Below, piece by piece: positions 8,526 to 18,001 of a stretch of 18,712 nucleotides of DNA. The position numbers and the translations under genes are program-made. Below the pieces are notes generated by a model. That model saw nothing but the letters and a program-made list of their open reading frames with translations, had not been told where the DNA came from and ran no database searches. Source of the DNA: Paramoeba atlantica (lineage: Eukaryota > Protista > Discosea); NCBI GenBank assembly GCA_977017575.1, contig CDRNVI010000217.1, positions 1-18,712 on the forward strand. Direction: 5' to 3'. Positions within the stretch are counted from its first letter, which is position 1, and the number at the start of each line of letters is the position of its first letter.

Positions 8526-11500
8526 ATGGCGTTGAATACCTCTTCCAAACTGAAAGGGTTAAGATCTTTGGGGCCCCTCGTCGAAGAGAAAAAGAAAGAG
8601 GAGCAGTCGTCAGCGGTGGGAATTGATTCATCAGATGGGTTGTTGTATGGGGGAGTGTGGCGATCATCCTCCTCCGGTGGTTCTCCCTTGTTAAGAGTGT
8701 TTGTTGGAGAAAAAGTTGAAAGAGCGAACCTGAAAAGCCCACCAGGAAATCAAAATGAGAAAGGAATGAAGGGAAGGTTCTTGCAAAGTCCTCATTTTCT
8801 CTTTCGTCATCCGAATAATGGGGTTGATTCTCTTGGTGCTTCTGCGGTTGTCATTGATGGTGAAACTTTGCTTGTTGGTGGCCTCAAGGAGAGCAACTCA
8901 GAATCTTTTGTTCCTGGGTTGAAAGCTAACTTATCTGGTTCCTCCTCTTTTCTTTGTTTTTAAATTTCTCATTTTTTTTTGTGTCTGACGACCGGTTGCT
9001 TCGTCAAACAGGAAAGAAACTTTCCGGAGCTCCAACAGGATGTGTTCTTGGTGATTTAATCATTGTGGCTGTAGCTACTTCCGAAGGAATCATGACGGGG
9101 AGTCATACTGGGGTGCTTGTCTCTGGCTCATCACCTCAGAGTTTGGAGATGTCTCTGTCGATTCCTTTTAAAACCCCTTCTTGTCCTTCTGTTGTAATTG
9201 GAAATGGACAAGTCATCTTAACTTTTTATGATGGTTTGTAATTTAAAGTGAATTCAATTTATCTTTACCTCAAAAAGAGTAACAAAAAATTGTTTGTAGG
9301 CGAAAAATTGATGATTTGCACGAGAAATAAAAAAGATCATCAAAGATGGACAAAACCAGTAAAGGTTGCACCTAAATTCAGATGCTCTGGGCATCTTCCT
9401 GCAGCTTTATCTGAACAAAATGGTCGTCTTTTTGTTGCAATGACTCTCAACAATGGTGGAGTGGTCTGTGGTACTCGAACTCCCCAAGGCCAATGGAGTC
9501 GATTTGTCAGGTTTTTCTTTTTTTCTTTTTTAAGTTTTCAATTGAATGACATTTTATAAATTCTTCAAGGGTGGGACGAAAAGACATCGAGACCGACTAT
9601 GCACCAGCGTTGGCTTGTGTGAACGGGCGGATGGTATGTGCCATTACAAGTCGAGAAGGTGAATTTTTTGTTGCTCAAACTCGAATGGGTGGTGGTGTCA
9701 AACAACGGACTGCAGGTGACTTCTTCGTTTTTTTTCATGAGTATTATGCATATTTTTCATTTTTGCTGATATTCTTCTGAACAACATGTCCATGATCAGG
9801 TGTTGTGGACAACCGTGATCGAATCAACCCACCAAAATTTATCTCTTTGGCTTCTCAGCTTGAAGATTCCCGTCGTCTGAACAAAGCTCGTGCGAAAAAA
9901 AGGAGACAGAGGAGAGAAGGGAGGAAAGGACCCCAGAAAAGATTCAGTGACTTTCGTGAGAAGAGAAAAGAGGAACGAGAAAGAAATCAAGGATTCACAT
10001 TTGATCGTGACATTGAGGAAGAAAGAGAGGGACAAGTTCGACGTCGTGGAAGAGTTGATCGTAAGTCTGGTAAAGCAAAGAGAAGAAACAAAAATGCCCT
10101 TTTTGAAACAAAGAAAACCCTTGGAAAAAGGAAGCATAAGAAAGAGAAAAATCGAGTTTTCAAAATTGCTGATGTTCTTGATACGACTGATGATATGGAA
10201 TATTGTGGTACTCCTTGGCTTCTCAGTAAGACAGCTTATGTGGAAAGTGTTGAAGGATATGTTTTGGAAGAAGATGTGTCTCTTAAACCGAATCGCCCTA
10301 TTCGGTTGAAAAATATCACAGAAACAATTGGCCAAAATGAAACTGGATGGTAATTACTTTTATTTTCTTTTTTCTTATTTTTTAATATCAATTTCGTTTT
10401 CTCTAATATCATGCTTTTTCTCTTTTTGGCAAGGTCTTTGACTCTTGGAGTTATATTCCTTTCCGAAGATGAAAAAGAGCGACGATTGATGGAAATTGAA
10501 TCCCCTTCCGGAGCAATTACTCTTGTTGTTGATGGTCTGTTCTTTTTCTTTTTTCCTCACATACTCTCTCTCATTCAAAAATTCACCGATATTTCTTGCA
10601 GGCGAAGGAAAATATGTCAAAGCGACCTTTGGTGAATCTTTAACGGTCGAGAACTCGATGATCCCCTTGAAAATCAGAGAACTTCATACTTTTGAGCTGG
10701 ATGTCAATTTTGTTGATCGGGTTATTTTCCCCTTTTTTGTATGATTGACTTCATAATATTCACTCAAAAAAAAATTAACAGGTTGTATCTTTATCAATTG
10801 ATGGAATCTGTTCCCCTTCCTCAAAGGGTGGCGTTGTTGCAAACGCTGACGTTTCGCGTGTGAAAGGTTTGGCTCAGGGAGTCATTGTTCTTGGTCCTTG
10901 TCGTGCTCATATTACCTCTTTTCAAGTAAGAACTCCCTCTTTCAAAAAAATTAAATTAAACATTGTGTGGACCTCATTTTTATTGACACAACGCCTCTCC
11001 TTTCCCTTTTTTTGTCTTTCAGGTGATTCCAAAGAGAACATTTGGATCAGAAATGCAAGGCCAGCTCGCTTATCGTGGTGGATTAGGTGTTGGTCCATGT
11101 GGGAGTGTGGTTTCTTGGGTTGGAAAGGATTATGATGTCATTCACAGAGGTTTAAAAGAAGTGAACCTTGACACTGCTGGCCAATTTGCCGAGAGTTTTC
11201 GTTCAAATGTGATCAAGTCAACTGGGCGAGTTCCTCTCGAGGCGGTTTTGACTGTCCCCACTCATTTGATGACTGAAGAAAATTCTGATGATGCTGAAAA
11301 ATTGGCTGATCTATTGCAAGAAAGGAGCGATCAGATTGGGATTGAATTAGAACAGGTTTTATCTAGTTCAAAGTGTTTAGCCATTGAAGCTGCCTTTGAT
11401 AGCTTTATGGACGAAACAAATGAGAGTCTTTCACATACTACTTTGGTATTAGAAACTGTCAATATTGGTCTCGGTGAGGGCCAGGTTGTTGCGAGCCTTT

Positions 11501-14500
11501 TCGAAGCAACTCGGGAGATGAAAGATGAAGAATATGGTGGATATTTCTTGAAATTACTGGGGAGAAAAACGCAACAAGGGAGCATCAATCACTTCAAATC
11601 TTCTTTTGGTTCCATTATCCGAGAAGTTTTATATGTGGGTGGATTTTTCAAACCCTTCCCTATTGAAGAGTATTTAGATGATCTTGCAAACCTCCCAAAG
11701 CCCACTTTTCGGTTGCCAGACTCGATCGTTCTGTGTCCTTCCGTCGGAAAAAATGAGAAACAAATGTTGGAAGGTCTCGAGGTGATTACGAAAGATTTTG
11801 AAGGTTGGACAGTTGAAGAAGTTGATCAAGTGAAAAGTATTGGAGATGACATTGCTGTTGCTCGGGGAGCTTGCTTGGTTTCTACTGTCCGTTACGCTCA
11901 AAATCATCCAACTTCAGCAGCTTCTGACGGTTTGGCTGTCATTCCGGTTCAAGAATTTCAGCAAAAGTTACCTCAATATGTTAAAAGAAGTTTGGATGGT
12001 ATGTTGAAAGAAAATACTCAATACGAATCCCATCTACTCACCGGATCTTTTTTGATCTGTTCCGTCCAGGCAGGCAGACCAGGGCAGGTTTTTGATTATT
12101 CTTTCCCCTTTCTTTCTCGTCTTTTTCAAAATATTGATTTTCTTTATGAAAGGTTGTTAACAATGTTGTGATCGATACTTCCTCTTCCGACACATGGTTG
12201 GCGACGGCTGAAGTACCTGGACTTGGAAGTCAATATCGTCCAAATGAATCGTTTGCACACAGTTTGGTTGATGATTCCCCATTTACAATCGAATATGGAT
12301 CCGGGAGTGTTATTGGTTGGTCTGGAGCTGATGATATTCGAATTGGTGAGAAGACCTCAAAGATGCAAACGATCGGAGAAATTGTTCGCATGGCTCCAGA
12401 GTTAAAAAAGTTGAAAATTGGAGGTGTCTTGGGTTTCTCTAGAACCAGCTTTGGCTATAATCTCGAAGTCAGCGAAGAAAAACTCTCATCTCGTGTCTGT
12501 CTGTTAGATTCTCTTGTAGAGCAAGAAGAAGTTTCTGATGATTGCTTTTCGTTGTATGTGAGTGATGGTCAAGAGGTTGGTGTACAGTCTGAAATTGTGG
12601 TTGGCGGTTTCTTGCAAAATCACTTTGTTGGTGAGATGACCTGGGCTCCGCTTGTGATTGATGACCTGTATGGGTTTGAAATTGATGAAATCGAGATCAA
12701 TGGTGTCAAGATGGGGTCAGGAATGAAGGCAATTGTCGATACAAGCTGCTCTTTGATCACTTCTCCTGGAGATTGCGCGGAGTCTTTCAAAGAAAACCTT
12801 GTCCCAGGAATTCATAATCTTAATGTGACAATTGAGGGAAAGACTTTTACAATTACGCCTGCTCAGTACACCATTCCGATACGTAAAACCGTTCTCCCAG
12901 CAATTGGTCGAACTCCAAATGACTTAGCAAAAAATCATCAAGTAGATTGGGTTTTTGGACTCCCTTTTTTGAAGGCTGTTTACACTGTCTTTGATCGTCG
13001 GGACGGTTGTTTAGGATTTGCAAAAAGGCGCGCAATCCCAACACTTTCATCTCCTTCCCATCAGATGGATCTCTCGATTTTCGAAAGAATGGGGGTCTTT
13101 ACCTCGACGGATGACCTGCGGGATGAGGGTGATGATGATGACCAAATCCGAATCGCCTATGACAAACCTGCAGAAGGAGATAGAAAATTGGTGAAGACCT
13201 TCAGTTTCTCAACTGGCAAAGAAGTGCGAGCTTTGTCGTCAGATGGCCCCAGCCTCTTGGAACGAGTACTGTCGCAGATTCTGGATGGGAAAGATTCGAT
13301 TAGTTTGTTTGGGATTGAAATTTCAAAACCTGAAGGTGCTGAATGGCCCACTGTTACACGAGAAACTCTCAATGTGAACTTGACTGGGAAAGTTCAAAAT
13401 TTATTTGAGATTGCTGGACTTGGGGGAGAGGTAACAATTTTGGTCTCCAAGGCGAAGAACGAAAAATTTTTGGGGTATTTGTCTGTAAAATTGACCAATT
13501 TCTGCTTTAAAACTGTCTTTCCTGGTCTCGCTGGGAATCCACTGGGTGATTTAATTTTGGATGAAGTGGAAATGGCGTTCGGGAATTGTGGTGGATTTAT
13601 AAAGCCTGAAGTTGTGTCTGATCTCGTCCCAGGCAAATTTCAATTTAGCGTTGCGTCTGATTTTAATATCTCAAAGATTGATGGTCTCCAAGAATCTTTG
13701 AAAAGTATCTTTTCCGTGACAGTGGACAAGGTCAAGTTGGCTGGGACTTTTAATGTGGACATTCCGACTGGATCAGATCCTGCGGAAGTCAAATTTACCA
13801 AACCCGAGCTTGCTTCATTTGGACTGGAAGGGATTATCACCGGTTTGAAAGTAAATCCTGATGCTGGGGGTGTTCAATGGCGCACATTGGGGATTCGTCT
13901 TGAAGTTTCACTGAAAGACTCGAAATGCCTGAGCAAATTCACAGAGGGTGATTTTATGTTTCCCGGAAACTATCTCTTATCACCAAACAAAGCTTACAAA
14001 TTCGAGCTCAAAGAAGATGGGAACTTATGTGCTAGTCTCGTTTCGACTGGTGAAGTTTATTGGCAATCCAATTCTCGTGGAGGCGTTGCTCCATTCAAAG
14101 CGACAGTGATATCTGGTCGAATTAGTGTCCTAGATGCAAGGGAAACCCCCGTTTGGAGTTGTTTAACAGGGTGGGGTGTTGCTCCGTATTCTTTTAAAAT
14201 TGCTGACAATCGGACTATTTTACTCCACGATTCGCTTACTCATACTTATTGGTATGTTCAACCTGCAGTCTCTCCCGAGCAAGTTCAAAAGGATGTCGAA
14301 GGGAGCAAGGGGAAACTTCCTGGACCGCAATTTAAGGTCATCCTGACCTCTGCAATGACCATTCCTGTGGGTTCTAAAAGTTCTCTCGATCTGGATTGCT
14401 CGTTTGAACTTGATACGGGAACAAAGTCGGCAAAAGTACACGGGACCCTTGCGAAATGGAAAAATGCTTTTGGTGTGACCGGTTTGAATTTGGACACGGT

Positions 14501-17500
14501 GAATGTCAAGTTTGAGATATCGAATGGAGATTGGAAGTCGATTGTCATGGAAGCTTTCGCTATCATTAAAATTGATTTGACGCCTGAGAACAGTTCTGAT
14601 GACAATTACAGTTCTCTAGCCTTGTATGGGAAGATCTCAAAAGATGGAGGAGCTATGTTGGTGAAAGCCACTAATATTGATTTTGATGAAGTGAAAGAAT
14701 TATTGGCTCGGTTGAGTGGTGGGTCTTCCGCCCTTCCTGATGACACTGGACAAAACATTGGGGTGAAAATTGAAGATGCCTATTTGAGTGTAGCAACACA
14801 GGATACCACCATTAATGATGTGGAAATTTCAGAAGGATTAACGGTGTTTGGAAAGGTAAAAATAAAGGACAATGCATCTGCGAATGGAAAAATCTCCATT
14901 ACAAAACACGGGCTGGAAGTTGAAGCAAAATTGGACAGTAATATTACCGTTGCGCCCGGAATTATTCTCACTGGAGCAGCTGCTCGTCTTCGTTATCGAA
15001 CTGCAAAGCACCCAGCTGGAAAGGGAATTGGTTTCTTTGTGTCCGGAAGCGCGAAAATCATGGAAGTTGATGTTGAAGCCAAGTTGGTCTATGATCGCGA
15101 TCATGCCGATAAATTGCTTGTCTATGGAGCAGTTGGCACATCTAAAACTCTTGGGCAACTCTATCAACCTCTCTCAGAGACTCCGTTAAACGCCATCACT
15201 TTGTCAAAGGCTGGTGCTATGTACGCACAAGGGAAATGGGAAGGTTCTGATTTTTTACCAATTATCGGACCTGTTGAACCTTTTCCAGAGATTAAAGAAG
15301 GTGCCTCGTTCGGTTGTAAGTTGGGAATTTCAGTTCCACAGTTGGAACAGTTGGTTGGTCGACCAACTCCTGGACTTCTATTTACTCTCCGCTTAGGCCC
15401 TCCTCCAGCAGGAGGCAGGCCGGTTCTTGAGGGCTCATTAGGTCTCAGTGGGTCTGTCAATCTAGGTCCAAGTGTCAGGGTTGAACCTCTTCAAGCAGGT
15501 TTTCGGATTATGTCACGTGGACCCGCTTTGTATGTTCGATTCGGATTAGGATTTAAGATTATTGAGGATTGGTTAAGTTTTTTCCTTGAGTTTGCTATTG
15601 ACGCAACTGCTTGCCGTGGGACAGCAGAGACGAAAGGACTTTGGAAGAATGCATTTGGAATTAAGGGGTTGTGTATTGGTGATATCGGTATTATCGTGGG
15701 TCTCACTTTTGCGACAGTTGCAGCACGAGGCCCGGACTACTTCGGTTTGAAGGCTACCGTCAAGCTTGGAACCGATCCCAAGGATCCCGAAATTAAGTTA
15801 GCTGGTCTTTATTCTGATCTTCCACATGAACAATTCTTAGAAGGTGGTTTGTCACCAAAAGACGCTGTTCTTGGTCCAAAAGAGTTGGTTTATTTTGCTG
15901 GGGAAGCTCTTCAACTTGACTTAAAGCCTGTTATGGACAAAATTCCGACTGTCATTCAGTATCGAAATGTGCATGTGATGTACAAGCCCCCTTTTGCTGC
16001 ATTCCGTGGAACACTCGTTTTATTCAAGGATCATGAATTTACGATTAACGTCACACTGAAAGAGACCGGGTTCTTCGTTGCAGGATCGATTCCTTCAATC
16101 AAAATTGGTCCTCTTGCAATCACTGGAGTGGATGGGAAAGGAGACCCCAGAATTGCTGCTGAGATTTCTGCCTCTGCTCAGTTCTTTCGCATTAACGCTC
16201 AAGCTCAGTTGTTTTCTATTATGGCTGCAATTGATATGGATGTCAGTACTCCGCTCGATGCAAAATTCTTGGCTAAATTGGATGTTGCTTCAATCACCAC
16301 ACTTGAGGTCCACGGAAAATCAATCTTGGGTTCTTCTGGATATGACTTCGAGTTGTCAGCTGAGTTTGAAAGTTCTTTTAATTCGTGGTTAATTGATCAT
16401 GTCAAAAACAAGACGACTGCAGCAATTAAAGCCGTCAAGGGAGACATAGAAAGTGCACAAAAGAAATTGGAAGAAGCAAAGAAGAATTATGCTGAGTTGG
16501 TGGGTGCAGCACAAAGAAAATTGGATGAAGAGCAAGCTAAGTTTGATCAGGCTGTTGCCGCTGCTCGTGCTCATGTGGAGGTTGTTCGAAAGGAGGAACA
16601 AGCTAAAGTTGATCGCTTGAAAGGTAAGAAATATTTTGAATTTTTGTTTTTTGTTGTGAAATTTTTGTTTAAATCTTGACTCCCCCTTTTATCAATAGGC
16701 TCCCTTGATGCCAAGCAAGCGGAACTTGATCGGCTAGTAGCAGAAGCTCAAGCAAAGATTCAACATCAACAAGCAGAATGTGACCGAAAACTTCGTGAAG
16801 CACAAGCCCATCTCCAAAATGTTCGAAATGAGTGGAATCTCAAAATTTCAGCCGCTCATCAGGATGTTCGGTCAGCGGAAGCTGCCTTTCAGCGAGCAAG
16901 AGACGATGCAAATAACAAACTTAATGCTGCTCGAGGTCCAGTGAATTCTTTGCAATGGGAAATTAACAACTGCCACTCCAACATTGCGAGGCTGAATAGT
17001 GAGAAAGCTTGGCATAATTGGTGGATCATTGACCCCCAAATTGCTTGGTGGGGAGCCAAGTTAGCTGGGGTTTTCATTGCAAAAAAAGGAGCGGATGCTG
17101 TGCTGAGTGCCGCTCAAATAGTTGTCAACGGTATATTGTCTGGGGCTTCTGCTACAGCTCTAAATGCTGCTCGAGGTGCGTTATCAATAGCACAAAAATC
17201 CTTCAATTTCGCTTTGGACCAAGCAAGTAATGGATTGAATCATGTGAGAAATGCGAATGCTCAGCTGATGACTGGAGTAAGGAATCATTTGGGAACTGTG
17301 AGTCGACAATATGGCCAAATTGTGAATGTTGCAAAGGGTGCCTTGGATGCTGGATTAGCGACAGTTGCTCGGTTGGTTGATGAGGCTTTGAAAGCTGTTT
17401 CAGCGATTTCATCTCATTTGGTTGATTTGGCAAAGAAAGGATTGCAGGAGACAATTCGAGTTCAACAGGTTTTGCATTTTTTTTTGTTCTCCCTTTTTTG

Positions 17501-17836
17501 AATTCTTTCAACTTTCCCTAACAAATCACAATTATTTAACAGGGACTTTTAACGAGTGCTTCTGACGTGCTTGCTGGGGTTGAAGCAGTCGCTGTTGGCT
17601 TCTTATCCCATCTTCAAAAAGCTGTTGAGCAAATGGCACAATATCTCACCATTCGGAGAATTTATTTCGAAACCAAGTTATCAACTTCAAAGACAAACTC
17701 TGTTGAATTGGCGGTTGATTTGACATTAATGGGAACGAATGTGACTGTTCAATTGTTGTTTGAGTTTGGGAATCCTTTCAAGCTTGCAATGCAGTTGTTT
17801 GATCTTTTGATGAAGAAGTTGAAAGCTTTGAAATAA
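8526..17836 (+). CDS. Giant multidomain protein, ~2834 aa, 12 exons, uncharacterised (5' start uncertain)
   Basis: Exons 8526-8937, 9012-9233, 9300-9510, 9570-9715, 9800-10349, 10434-10534, 10602-10720, 10782-10925, 11023-12087, 12153-16623, 16699-17468, 17543-17836 total 8505 nt. All 11 introns are T-rich GT-AG, 59-97 nt long, and every junction keeps the frame. This joins eleven separate ORF-track entries into one reading frame. Confidence 0.85.
8620..9715 (+). other. Beta-propeller-like repeats at the N-terminus of the giant protein
   Basis: Repeated blade-like units: SGAPTGCVLGDLIIVAVA, TPSCPSVVIGNGQVILTF, LPAALSEQNGRLFVAMT...GQWS, YAPALACVNGRMVCAIT. The pattern is (P/A)-A-L-x-x-x-N-G-R-hydrophobic strands. 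Confidence 0.55.
10200..11040 (+). other. Probable beta-sandwich (LamG/concanavalin-like) domain
   Basis: A run of amphipathic strands: WSLTLGVIF, AITLVVDG, LHTFELDVNF, VVSLSIDG, VIVLGP..AHITSFQV. The order resembles LamG folds, but this rests on pattern only. Confidence 0.3.
11077..11886 (+). other. Degenerate Hsp70/actin-like ATPase-fold domain
   Basis: Collinear remnants of Hsp70 motifs: GLGVGPCGSVVSW (GIDLGTTYSCV), AVLTVPTH (AVITVPAY), LAIEAA, TTLVLE, DSIVLCPSVG (DxIVLVGGS), DDIAVARGAC (PDEAVAYGAA). Confidence 0.6.
12019..13025 (+). other. Pepsin-like (A1) aspartic protease domain with DTS/DTS motifs
   Basis: SVQAGRPGQ/VVNNVVIDTSSSDTW, FTIEYGSGS (flap Tyr), GGVLGF, SEIVVGG, KAIVDTSCSLI, WVFGLPFLKAVYTVFDRRDGCLGFAK. 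The catalytic Asp codons are at 12174-12176 and 12738-12740. Confidence 0.88.
13935..14258 (+). other. Bulb-type (GNA/B-lectin) domain, degenerate
   Basis: FMFPGNYLLSPNKAYKFELKEDGNLCAS...YWQSNS...FKATVISGRISVLD...VWS...YSFKIADNRTILLHD follows the three-subdomain B-lectin template. The QxDxNxVxY sugar-binding sites are eroded. Confidence 0.7.
16407..17000 (+). other. Long Ala/Gln/Lys/Glu-rich coiled-coil region (spans intron 16624-16698)
   Basis: AQKKLEEAK..AQRKLDEEQAKFDQAVAAARAHVE..QAELDRLVAEAQAKIQ..LREAQAHLQNVR..ANNKLNAARG shows clear heptad-like periodicity. Confidence 0.8.
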
Positions 17837-17944
17837 TTTGCAAATTTCAATTAATGAATGAATCAATCAAGTTTTGTAATTATTCTCATTGAGATGATTT
17901 TTTATTTTCTTTTTTTTTTATTGATTTTTATTTCCCTCTTATCC

Positions 17945-17997
17945 TTTGTTTTTGTTTGTTTTTGTTTTTGTTTGTCTTTTGTTTGTCTTTGTCTTTG
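17945..17997. repeat. TTTG/TTTTG simple repeat between two convergent stop codons
   Basis: Directly visible in the 165-bp gap between the giant gene and the minus-strand gene. Confidence 0.75.
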
Positions 17998-18001
17998 CCT
18001 T

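Noticed and set aside
12088-12171. ORFs 11023..12171 and 12168..16679 overlap by GTGA like a translationally coupled bacterial operon
   Set aside because: A 65-nt T-rich GT-AG intron (12088-12152) joins them in phase. The splice restores the pepsin N-terminal motif GRPGQ-VVNNVVIDTS.
12853-16601. Antisense and alternative-frame ORFs of 60-109 aa within the 4.47-kb exon
   Set aside because: They are expected by chance opposite a long coding exon and have no recognisable motifs.
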